Below, one piece after another: positions 51,403 to 59,926 of a stretch of 64,000 nucleotides of DNA; the first letter of the stretch is position 1; every line of letters begins with the position of its first letter. Made by a program: the position numbers and the translations under genes. This DNA comes from Lama glama (taxonomy: Eukaryota). The notes under the pieces were generated by a model. It was not told where the DNA came from and ran no database searches. It saw only the letters and a program-made list of their open reading frames with translations. The stretch covers positions 95,110,001-95,174,000 of the forward strand of contig CM052816.1 in assembly GCA_028534125.1 (NCBI GenBank), written 5' to 3'.

Positions 51403-54400
51403 GAAGAAAGAAAGAGAAAGAAAGGAAGAAAGAAAGAAAGAAANNNNNNNNNNNNNNNNNNNNNNNNNNNNNNNNNNNNNNNNNNNNNNNNNNNNNNNNN
51501 NNNNNNNNNNNNNNNNNNNNNNNNNNNNNNNNNNNNNNNNNNNNNNNNNNNNNNNNNNNNNNNNNNNNNNNNNNNNNNNNNNNNNNNNNNNNNNNNNNNN
51601 NNNNNNNNNNNNNNNNNNNNNNNNNNNNNNNNNNNNNNNNNNNNNNNNNNNNNNNNNNNNNNNNNNNNNNNNNNNNNNNNNNNNNNNNNNNNNNNNNNNN
51701 NNNNNNNNNNNNNNNNNNNNNNNNNNNNNNNNNNNNNNNNNNNNNNNNNNNNNNNNNNNNNNNNNNNNNNNNNNNNNNNNNNNNNNNNNNNNNNNNNNNN
51801 NNNNNNNNNNNNNNNNNNNNNNNNNNNNNNNNNNNNNNNNNNNNNNNNNNNNNNNNNNNNNNNNNNNNNNNNNNNNNNNNNNNNNNNNNNNNNNNNNNNN
51901 NNNNNNNNNNNNNNNNNNNNNNNNNNNNNNNNNNNNNNNNNNNAAGCTTGTAAGTTTCATTAGGTCCCATTTGTTTATTCTTGCTTTTATTTCTTCTAGG
52001 AGAAAATTTTTGAAATGTATGTCAGATAATGTTTTGCCTATGTTTTCCTCTAGGAGGTTTATTGTATCTTGTCTTATGTTTAAGTCTTTAATCCATTTTG
52101 AGTTGATTTTTGTATATGGTGTAAGGGAGTGTTCTAGCTTCAATGTTTTACATGCTGCTGTCCGGGACTTACATTTAAAGTCATCAAAACTCAGTCGTGA
52201 AGACGCCTGCATGTCACAGGGTCACATGCTTGCTCACTAAGCATTTCTGGTGTCTGTCCTGCCTTCTGCTTTTTCTGAGAATGTCAGTAAGGCATAAACC
52301 TTACTCATCAAGGAAATTTAGGAAAATAAAGAATAGGAAACGTTGTTTGTTTGTTTAGGTTATTTATTTATTTTAATGGAGGTACCAGAGATCTCGCATG
52401 TGCTAAGCATGCACTCTACCCCTGAACTATGCCCTCCTTCTCTAAAGAATAGGAAACTTGTTAAGGAAAAATGACCCTGTTATGAATGTGCAGATACACA
52501 CTACTATATATAAATAGATAAACAACAAGGTCCTACTGTCCAGCACAGGGAACCATATTCGATAGCTTGTAATAGCCTATGATGAAAAAGAATATATATA
52601 CGTGTAACTGAATCACTATGCTGTACACCAGAAATTAACATAACATTGTAAGTTGACTTAACTTCAATTTTTTTTTAAACCATCAAAAAAAAAAAAAAAG
52701 AATGTGACGTGGTCCTTGACAGGTGAACACTGGAAACCTACATGCACCAAACACTTGGCAGCTGCACAGGCAAGGTGTGATGAAGCAACGGTTTCTGCTG
52801 ATGTGTAAGAAGTGTCACCAGGGCTCTGATCCCCACTAATTCCATCCTGCTTGCAGTCCCTCTCAATTTAAAGAAGTATGGTTTTCAGAAACTGGAAAGG
52901 CCTGGGGATGCGGGGAGGGCAGGCATGATATTTTTCACTGTCTCTGTTTCCCGAGAGAAAGTCATGTGGCTTCTTCAAAACCACATCTGTCAGAATGATT
53001 CTCATCAGATTAAATAAATCCTCAAAGCCGCTATCACAGTTTATAGAATCTTGGAAATGTAGGTTGCGTTTTGCACGGAACCCTAATGGAATTTATAATG
53101 CGTGTGTTTTTGCAAACACGGCTTTGAGGGTAGACGCTTTCCCGGGGCTCGTGAATTTATGCTGCCGTAGCTCAAGTTTAGAAAGTGTTTTCACTGTATA
53201 AATGTAATGAACAATCGTTTACCAGTTTTAGATGTTCTTAATTGTAGATGGAAAAGGCATTGAGCTCGGGGCCCTTTGGCCAAGCCTGATGAAAACCCAC
53301 AGCACACACGCACTCTGCCATACCAAGGAAATAATCATTCTCGATTACAACGTGAGAGGCCAGCCTTCTGTCATCTTTTCCCAGGAAGCTGTCATATGTC
53401 CTTATAGTCAATTACGGCCTTGTCAGTTTTAGAGGCAAGAAGACTTTGGGAGGAGGAGCTTTATGTCATAAAAACCTTAAATGATTGGTACAGATCGGTA
53501 TTTATTATTCTTTGCTGCAAGGAAGCTTATTCTTAAAATTAGTTGCTAAATCTAATCACAATGCGATAGCACTTCACACCCATTAGGATGGCTGCTATAA
53601 AATAATAATAATAATAACATGTGGTGAAGATGGGGAGAAATTGAACCCTTATGCATTGCTGGAGGGAACCTGCAATGGCAGACCGCCATCAGGGAGTCCT
53701 TCTAAAAGATGAGGACAATTATTATGTGACCCGGCAATCCCACTCCTAGAGATCTACCCAAAGAAATGAAGGTGTATTTCCATGTGTCCACATGAGAGCT
53801 TACGCACATGTTGCTCATAGTTGTACTATTCATAATCACCAAAAAGTGGAAACAACCCAAGTGTCCATCAGCAGATGAATGGATAAAAGAAATGTAGTCT
53901 ATCCATATAGTGGAATATTATTCAGCCTTTAAAAAGCAAGTAAATTCTGACACAGGCTACAACATGGATAAACCTTGATGGCATTATGCAAAGTGAAAAA
54001 AGCCAGACACAACAGGGCAACTATTGTCTGATTCCACTCATATAAGGTACCTAGATCAGTTCAGTTCTCAGGACAGAAGGAAGACCAGCAGTTAGCAGGG
54101 GCTCGGGAAGGGGTAGTGGGGAGTTACTGTTTAATAGGTACAGGGTCTGTTGAGGATGATGAAAAAGTCATGGAAGTGGATAATGGGGATGCTTACATAA
54201 CATAACAGTGCGAATCCACTTAATGGCACTGAATTGCACAATTAAAAATGGTTTAAAAGGTAAACAATTTTTCTAAAAAATTAGTTGCTGAGCTAGCTGG
54301 GGAAACTTGGAAGGGAGGGGAGAACCTGGACTCTGTTCATTTACCTGGAGCCGACCACAGCTAACACAGGCCAGAGTCTCCTCTCAGACTGGATAAGACT

Positions 54401-57400
54401 TTGCACTTACAGCACAATCCTTGAATGTCTGTTTTTTTGTTTGTTTATTTGTTTGTTTGTTTGTTTTAAAAAAGGGAAAAAGTGCAACCTTAAAGCAAGA
54501 ACCTCTCTTCAGACATGCTGGATCTGCAGGGCTTTTCCTTGTTTATTTCTCACTGGTACCCACGCTGGAGAGCAGAGACTGGGGATAAAGTCTTTGAGGT
54601 CATGCCTTTGTCCCCGCCTTGCCCCAGGTTAACTGGACGGAATACACGTTGATAAGATAACTGTGTATGTTTAAGGCACATACCGAAAGGAAAGGTTTGA
54701 AAAGAGGATAGTTGAACTTTAACTCTTAATTATTTCATATTTACTTTTTGTTTAATATTTATATTTATGTAAAATTTTCATCTTTATTCCTGTAGTTTTT
54801 GGTATTTACCATTTCCATATTCCTTTCCCAAGGGCCTCCCTGGGGTATATGGCCCCCCACGGGGAGACCACTGCTGACGGAACGTTGTCATCTGTTCCCT
54901 ACTTTCACCCCCAGCCAAGAAGTCATTCATACATTTCAGGTATTGTGTTTCTAAAATCCTGCCCACCTCAAACTGGAGTAGCCACGTTGTACAGAATACA
55001 CAAACCATAAAGCATCTGGTTTACAAAGCAAGCCTGCATCCGACTCGCCTCCACCCGTCACCCCAACTGTTATTAGCAGCATATTTCTTTCCTCTGGGTC
55101 AACATGTTCTTCGCTGATAGACTCTCCCTTTAGAAGCAGAATCCAACACACTGTCAAAACTTAACAGCTTAAGTAATGAGGTGTCGAAGTGCAGGGGTGA
55201 GACCAGGGGTGAGAGGGAGAGAGGTGAACCGGGGGAGGGGGCACCATCTTGCTGCGCCCCGGGGACCCTTCGGTTCTGCACCCACAGACCCTGGTCACCC
55301 CTTAGGGAATGAGCCAGGACTAGGGGGGAGGGGTCACTCTTATTTCAGGGATCTCCTTTGGTCCCCAGAGTGTCCATGGTCATGACGGGACAGGTCCTTG
55401 GGAGGCTCACTGGCGGGGAGACGCTGAAGTGGGCGCCAGGCAAGTAAACACTGTACCCAGCGGATGATTCCAGATGTGAGGCGGTTCCTTCACGTGCATT
55501 TTTGAACACTTGGGCTGGAGCGGCATCGTTATATCTTATCAAATCATTCATACACATATTTCCTGAGATGCATTCGAATCAGGGCCTAAAACACTGGTGT
55601 CCAATGCAGGAGACACCCAGGATCTAACTTGGATGGAAAAAGCCGGAGTGCGGAGGGTTAACTCTCGGACCAATGAGACCAGGATGGCCATCAGGCTGGA
55701 GGAGGGACTCAGTGATGGGGCTCTTGGGTCTGAGGACCCCTCCTCCGTGCCCAGGGGAGCGGGTACGGGAACAGACTCCTGATAACCAGCTTCCCAGGAG
55801 CCTCGGGGCAAGGGCGCGGTCCCGCGGGGACTGGGCGTCCGGGGGGCCCCGCAGGCTGGCGCTCTGCTGGGACCCGCTCATCACTCAGCAGCCTGACGCC
55901 GCACCTCCAGGAGCTGATGGACTGATTCGGCTGTGATTTTCTCACAGTCCAGTTCTGTGCAGAAATGTGTGTTTGTGAATCTTATACACATAGTAATATA
56001 GAATTACACGCGATTTTAACTTTTTTTTTTTTTGGTCTGCTTTTCAACAATGAGTGTATACATAGAGAGAGAGAGAGAGAGAGAGAATATATACTTATAC
56101 CTGTAAAGACCCAAGCTTCCCCGGCCACCCAAGGGGCTCACTTTGGAGCGAGGGGGCGACTCTCCTCCGCTGTGTGTTTATTCTGATTAGATTCACTCTG
56201 TGTGGGTGACTTTCTCATCGCGTGCTTGCTGGGGAGAGGGGGCTGTCTCTATTTCTGCCTTTCAGAGCCTTGACTCAGGTACAAAACCAGTAAAAACTGG
56301 AGATGACTGAAGCCATTAGCAGTCTCGGTACCGAAAGGTGGCCGTGCTTTATCAGAAGGCGATGCTGCATAGTTAGTTATCAGAATGGAACCATCCCCAC
56401 TCCACGCTCTCCCTAGATTTTTAAAGGAACATTCAAAACTTAAGAAAAATTTGTGCTGCCATTTTCATATTCCTTCCCCAAAACACTTAGAAAATGTTAG
56501 AATCCAGAGCACGGTTCTCAAGCTTAGGTTGTGATACCCTTGGCGGTGAATACCCTGGGGGCAGAGTTCGTGGTGATTTGGAACCGTCAGGGCAGGATGT
56601 GCTTAGATTCCAATGAATCCAAACGTACTGCATCAGAGACTTACACTTGAGCCGAATTTATTCTTCCCTGACTGGCTACTGATCCCATAGTCAAGTCATA
56701 TTTGTAATCAAAGGAAAGGGAAGGGAAGGGAAGGGGAGGGAAGGGAAGGGAAGGGAGGGGAGGGGAGGGGAGGGAGAAAAAAAAACACCAACCCAGTTAA
56801 CCACACAACAAAAGCTAAATAAAACAAAACCAACGTCATGTAGGGAACATTTCTGTGCTGCTTAGTAAGACTTGAAATTTCTTAGCCTCATGGAGTAACA
56901 GAAATTACTTGGGGGAATTCTGGGTGGTTTTGCCTTACTTTCTGGGATGTAAACAGTAAACATTCTGAATATTTGGACTTTTGCCTGTAGCAAAACAAAG
57001 CGGAGACAAGTGATTTCCTTTAAGGGACCCCCTGCAGCGGAGCAGAGCAGAGCAGCAGAGCTGGTGGGAGGCGGGCTGAGCAGCTCCTAGGACGTCTGCC
57101 CACAAGACCAGCCTTCAGCAAAACTGGCCACTCTTGGGAGCTGCCCACATCACGCTCTCGCCGCTGGCTGGCTGGCCTTGCATTGATCTACTGCTCCCAG
57201 GTCCCCTTGCCCCTGGCCAAGGTATCTCAAAGGTGTACACACCTATGTACCACCCGGAACTGTGTTCTGATATTTTTAAACTATGACATGTGCAGCCATT
57301 TTCTTAACTGCATAGAAGAGTATGTAATAACGTGGAAGTATGCCCACCAGACCCTAAGTGCAGAAAGCAGACTACCAAACAAGGTGACTCTCTGGTAAGA

Positions 57401-59926
57401 AAAAAAAAAAAGAAATTTAATAAGAAAGCAAGTAAGTCTGTCTATCTGTAGAAAGGAAGACTGGAAGGAGAACTCATGTGTTAACAGTGATTACCTCCTC
57501 GAGGTGGAACTACAAGTGATTTTAACATGCTCGGCTTGTCCGCTTTTTAGCAATGCCCATGTATTGCTTTGGTCCTATGTTCCATCCCGTCCATATTGGT
57601 GACGGTGGGGGCCAGCTCAGTATGATGAAAGAAGCTAAGAAATGGCAGTAGCTTCACAAGGACTGTACGTTTTTTAACACGTGGGGTCCCTTAGGGGCCA
57701 GGAGCTTTGCACCGGCTCTGGGATCTCACCCATTAGAAGCTTCCAGAAGCCGTGAATTCTGCAAAGACTCTGGAAGAGGAACCTCTCAGCCTACAGGACA
57801 GGAAGCTCCTTGGTTGGAGTCTCTGCGTCCGTCCAGCGTGACCCTGCTTCAGAAAGCGCTGATGTCCACCATCTGTTGAAACCGAAACTATTGGACTTGC
57901 CCATAGTTACAGTTTAAGAATTAACAAAAAAAAAACAAACAAAATAGAAAGAGCTTTCCAGTGACTTGCTTGTTGCCTGCACAGTCGTTCTCTCTCTTGG
58001 CCGGAGCTCAGCCTCAGGAGGAGGAGGACCCCCAAGCGTCCTGAGCCCAGCGGCCAGCGGGTCGTTGTGATGAAGAAGGTTGCTTCCCGCTTCCCCCTCC
58101 CCTCGGAGAGTCCTTGTTTGTCCCACTGCCCTGAAGCCAGTCTCCACATTCGTGTCGCCTGCCTCGTTCCTCTTCTGTGAGTCGTGATGTTCAAGGTCTT
58201 TTCCCTTCTTGTCTTCCAGTCCCCCTAAACCGACCGTGTTCATCTCCGGTGTCATCGCCCGGGTAAGAGCCGTTTCAGCAAATCAGGGCCTCAGCACGCG
58301 ACCTCCTGGTTCCTCCTGTCCTTGTTCACTCGTCCACCCAGGGTCCAGGGGTCTCTTAGTTGTCCCATGTCTGTGGACGGTGCTTCTGTGGTCGGGGGTG
58401 GACGGGACGGTGGTGACACGGAGCCCGCAGCATGAGCTAGTGCTGCCTGGCCCTCCTGCATCCTCACCCGCCTCCCTTCTCTTTAGACTCAGCCAGGACC
58501 GCCAGACTATCCCTGGGCCAGACTATCCCCGGGCCAGACTATCCACGGGCCAGACTATCCCCGGGCCAGACTATCTCCCGGGCCTGAGGGCTTCTGGGTG
58601 ATCTGTGAGCTGAGGATGTTTTTACATTTTTAAATAAGACTTATATGGAGTGATATGTGAAAATCACATGAAATTCACATTTCAGTGTCTGTGAATAGGG
58701 TTTTCGTGGCACACAGCCATGCCATGTTCGTGGATGTAGCATCTGTGGCCGCTTTCAGGCTGTACTAGTGGAGCCCAATAGTTGAGCAAAGAGTAATGAC
58801 CTGAAAAGCCTGAAATGTTTACTCCCTGGCCCACTACAGAAAAGAGTTGCTGACCCCTGGACTAAACTCATGAGTTTTGGTCACATTCTTTGTCTTTCAA
58901 GAGCCCCGCCTTCTGGTGAGACCGAGCATTTTTTTGTAACTACAGACCTCCCCTCAGCAAACCCCCGTTTTGGGAGTAGCACACTTACTCCATCCACAGC
59001 TCTGCGGCTCACAGCCCACTTGAGCCCTTAGCATATGACTTGTACAGAAAATGCTGTTTTTGGGGACAGCTCATCACAGCCATCCAGAGACCCTGAGACA
59101 GACAGGTGGCACATCTACTACATGCGATGAAAGTAAATGCCAACACAAGTCCAAGGTCACCCCAGGCCAGTTGGCTCAGCCAAGAGCTCACCATGGCTCT
59201 CACCTGCCCTGGGATGGCCTGGGCTCCAGCCCCTTCACACACGCACACAAGAAGCCAATTCCTTCCTGAGAAACAGCCAGGTACCTTCTCCGACACTCAG
59301 TGGATTGATTCTGGCTAATCTCACAGCATCCAGCCCCTGCCCTGTGTGTTTCCTCCCCAACCAGTGCCCTGGCCCCACCTGCAGCAGTGGCAGCAAATCT
59401 GAATTTAAGACCCTGAATTTGGTTCTGTCTTGCCCCCCCAATTCAAAAGATCACAGGAACAGTTTTAACAGGAAAAAAAAAGCTACCCAACACCCAACTC
59501 AGCTCTGAGTGAGTCGTATGGTGACCTGATCCCATGGCGTGGGGGCAGAGACAGTGAGCTTTCTCCCCTTCTGGAAGGTATGTGGGTCACACTGCCACAT
59601 TAAGTTCCCCAGAGAGCTTGAGGACCCCCGCAGTCCCACGAGATGGGCTGCTACCTGTAGACTGGTTCCCTTCTCCGTCACTGCCCACGGTACCCGCCCC
59701 CGGTGTCTGCTGCCCCACAGGGAAGCCAGGGGGTGCAGGGTTTGGGGCTTGCTCATGTGATCACCCAGCTGCTCATGGCTGATGAGTCCATAATTTCCGT
59801 GTCTCCCAACAGGGTGACAAAGACTTCCCCCCGGCAGCTGCCCAGGTGGCTCATCAGAAGCCCCATGCCTCCATGGACAAGCATTCTTCTCCGAGAACCC
59901 AGCACATCCAGCAGCCTCGCAAGTGA
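6426..59926 (+). CDS. DAP: Death-associated protein 1 (DAP1), spliced CDS join(6426..6480,17546..17642,58220..58262,59813..59926), 102 aa
   Basis: 55+97+43+114=309 nt joins in frame with GT-AG at every junction (phases 1,2,0). The translation matches the DAP1 sequence as I recall it ([19 protein letters not shown] ... [32 protein letters not shown] ... HIQQPRK). Confidence 0.98.
9135..9590 (-). mobile_element. ERV1-class solo LTR, MER41-like
   Basis: gtagggaaggaga...ttacccttctaggttcttggctgagg...aaaagacagattaacaagagaaaaac...cctcctgtatacatgggagata resembles laurasiatherian MER41-type LTRs as recalled. Confidence 0.55.
9965..10075 (+). mobile_element. tRNA-Ala-derived SINE (camelid Vic-1-like)
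   Basis: ggggggtaccgctcagtgatagagtgc...gtgcacgaggtcctgggttcaatccccagcacctcca, followed by an A-rich tail; degenerate A box, intact B box. Confidence 0.85.
11192..11691. other. Assembly gap (500 N)
   Basis: N run. Confidence 1.
12040..12440. repeat. Degenerate (CA)-rich low-complexity tract (~400 bp), followed by a MIR fragment
   Basis: Imperfect CACA/CAGA/CATA units ending in pure (CA)n, then gcagagctgggatttgaacccagg (MIR). Confidence 0.95.
13131..13516 (-). mobile_element. MLT1 (MaLR) solo LTR
   Basis: TG...CA termini; ctcacagtccggaggccagaag...ggattagggcttcaacataggaatttgggg...attcagcctgtaaca. Confidence 0.85.
13973..14151 (-). mobile_element. 5'-truncated L1 3' end with TSD
   Basis: Poly-T, then attgaagtgtagt...tagttccctgtgctgtgcagtaggtcct. 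TSD caa(c/t)ggcctcattt at 13959-13972 and 14152-14165. Confidence 0.85.
15320..15620 (-). mobile_element. MLT1A-like LTR fragment
   Basis: acagacatttatttctcacagttctggaggccagaggtccaagatcaagg...ccaccctcatgacctaa...accttgggggttagg. Confidence 0.8.
16085..17000 (+). mobile_element. Old L1M 3' region interrupted by a younger antisense L1 3' end (16131-16317)
   Basis: accacttcacacccattagaat...aaaagtggaaacaa...ttatgctcagtgaaagaagcc...tgattccatttatg. The nested insert is flanked by TSD tagaataac (16122-16130 and 16318-16326). Confidence 0.85.
17485..17503 (-). promoter_or_regulatory. Consensus CTCF motif
   Basis: The - strand reads aaCCACCAGAGGGCAGTGC, fully matching the core CCASYAGRKGGCRS. Confidence 0.65.
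17546..17642 (+). CDS. DAP: DAP exon 2 ([32 protein letters not shown] + 2 nt)
   Basis: Branch-like CACTGAT at ~17513, pyrimidine tract ending TTTCAG at 17545; donor CAG|GTGGGA at 17643. Confidence 0.97.
19950..20420 (-). mobile_element. Tandem MIR fragments
   Basis: gcccagagaggttaaacgaccttgccaagg...gtggcagagcc and tatagatgaagaaatcaagg...ccaggattcagtcc. Confidence 0.6.
21500..22560 (+). mobile_element. L1MC3-like 3' UTR relic
   Basis: acctaagtaactttgg...ctgtaagactaaagacaaaa...gcaattctgaa...ttctaagtaccattcccc resembles the recalled L1MC3 3' end. Confidence 0.65.
22791..23261 (-). mobile_element. MLT1C/D-like solo LTR
   Basis: ccctagggctgctgtgacagacaccacaaac...ggaggctggaagtcc...ccctaaca; flanks gacgc and gatgc are a probable TSD. 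Confidence 0.85.
24364..24794 (-). mobile_element. MLT1C/D-like solo LTR with TSD
   Basis: TG...ttcaacccttaca; aagcag on both sides (24358-24363 and 24795-24800). Confidence 0.85.
24990..25690 (-). mobile_element. hAT-Charlie/Buster DNA transposon relic with a decayed transposase N-terminus and BED zinc finger
   Basis: The - strand reads MDTWLKK (from 25549), then frameshifted RNHWEGH*KFRFTS*IINE and [17 protein letters not shown] (to ~25186), resembling the Charlie/ZBED5-type 'YL.YGFT...EILANDSMKPSRL.RHLK' motif. Outer boundaries are approximate. Confidence 0.7.
25481..25520. repeat. (GTTTT)n pentanucleotide repeat
   Basis: Direct read. Confidence 0.95.
27420..28560 (+). mobile_element. 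Two adjacent L1M (L1MA/L1MB-like) 3' ends, ~27420-27946 and ~27975-28560
   Basis: gcagcattattcacaatagcc...aacccaaatgtcc...aataaaaaaaaaa, then gacccagcaatt...tgaaagaagccagacacaaa...aattaaaaaaaa. Confidence 0.85.
29684..29976 (-). mobile_element. L1 insertion with 5' inversion
   Basis: Antisense 3' end (29684-~29752) fused to a sense-oriented upstream 3'UTR piece; TSD tagccccagta at 29673-29683 and 29977-29987. Confidence 0.8.
30217..32160 (-). mobile_element. L1 ORF2 relic (RT and C-terminal fragments), disabled
   Basis: Peptides [45 protein letters not shown] and [38 protein letters not shown], with stops and frameshifts. Confidence 0.95.
30250..30518 (+). mobile_element. Younger L1 3' end nested in the antisense L1
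   Basis: 15-bp TSD aagatagtgatttca at 30235-30249 and 30519-30533; tgtatagcacaggaaactatattc...acttcaattaaaaaacaa. Confidence 0.9.
32440..32535. mobile_element. MER5-like hAT MITE fragment
   Basis: aatcacctggaaatcttg...ggtctggggtggggcctgagactgcatttct. Confidence 0.65.
34246..34671 (-). mobile_element. Young 5'-truncated L1 3' end with TSD
   Basis: Poly-T, then actgaagtacagtcagttacaa...agattccacatatgag...tcacttagaatgat. TSD ccaacttaggc at 34235-34245 and 34672-34682. Confidence 0.9.
38480..39030 (-). mobile_element. ERV1-class solo LTR
   Basis: On the - strand: CCAAT-type repeats (~38792-38855), octamer (38743-38750), TATA CTATAAAA (38700-38707), AATAAA (38629-38634), and U5-like (ctgagctgtaaca)x2. 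Ends are approximate. Confidence 0.8.
40110..40469 (-). mobile_element. MLT1B-like solo LTR
   Basis: ggctggaagtccaagg...ccaaacaaggtcacattcggaggtgctgggggttagaacttcaacatatgaatt...cagcccctaaca. Confidence 0.9.
41230..41435 (+). mobile_element. MIR SINE
   Basis: ttactagctgcgtagccttgggcagcttactaaacctctctgtgc...ccccatctgtaaa...cctggcacagagt. Confidence 0.8.
46400..46546 (+). mobile_element. tRNA-Ala-derived SINE (camelid Vic-1-like), full length
   Basis: A box TAGCTCAGTGG at 46421-46431, B box GGTTCAACTCC at 46464-46474, AT-rich tail, flanking direct repeat catgtttca (46386-46394 and 46547-46555). Confidence 0.9.
50508..51002 (-). mobile_element. ERV1-class solo LTR
   Basis: - strand AATAAA (50592-50597) and TATAAAA (50680-50686) in LTR order; ends ...tctatcaCA. 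Confidence 0.75.
51294..51443. repeat. Compound (GGAA)n(GAAA)n microsatellite running into the gap
   Basis: Direct read. Confidence 0.97.
51444..51943. other. Assembly gap (500 N)
   Basis: N run. Confidence 1.
51944..52163 (-). mobile_element. L1 ORF2 C-terminal fragment, continuing into the gap
   Basis: [41 protein letters not shown]...[12 protein letters not shown]. Confidence 0.92.
52342..52442 (-). mobile_element. Vic-1-like SINE with internal deletion (B box lost)
   Basis: tttaggtttatttatttattttaatggaggtac...gctaagcatgcactctacc..tgaactat; TSD taaagaataggaaac at 52327-52341 and 52443-52457. Confidence 0.85.
52491..52699 (+). mobile_element. 5'-truncated L1 3' end with poly-A
   Basis: caaggtcctactgtccagcacagggaac...gaatcactatgctgtacaccagaa...A-tail; TSD gaatgtg at 52484-52490 and 52700-52706. 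Confidence 0.85.
53555..54270 (+). mobile_element. L1MB-like 3' region
   Basis: cacttcacacccattaggatggct...aagtggaaacaacccaagtgtccatca...gccagacacaa...gcactgaattgcacaattaaaaatgg. Confidence 0.88.
56712..56776. repeat. (GGGAA/GGGGA)n polypurine repeat
   Basis: Direct read. Confidence 0.95.
58220..58262 (+). CDS. DAP: DAP exon 3 ([15 protein letters not shown]), 43 nt
   Basis: Long pyrimidine tract ending TTCCAG at 58219; donor CGG|GTAAGA at 58263. Confidence 0.97.
58494..58859 (+). mobile_element. MER58B-like hAT-Charlie MITE
   Basis: Termini cagg... and ...gttgctgacccctg; internal tgaaattcacatttcagtgtc...cacagccatgcc...ctggcccactacagaaaa. Degenerate 8-bp TSD gactcagc (58486-58493) and gactaaac (58860-58867). 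Confidence 0.85.
58501..58584 (+). repeat. Minisatellite, 5 copies of 16-bp GCCAGACTATCCCCGG
   Basis: Units start at 58501, 58517, 58533, 58549 and 58565 (the last has a 1-nt insertion). Confidence 0.97.
59813..59926 (+). CDS. DAP: DAP exon 4, coding part ([37 protein letters not shown])
   Basis: Acceptor TCTCCCAACAG at 59812; TGA at 59924-59926. Confidence 0.97.
   Translation, partial: GDKDFPPAAAQVAHQKPHASMDKHSSPRTQHIQQPRK

Noticed and set aside
58501..58584. Regularly spaced 16-bp direct repeats resembling a CRISPR array
   Set aside because: Units are head-to-tail with no unique spacers, there are no cas genes, and the context is a mammalian intron. It is a minisatellite.
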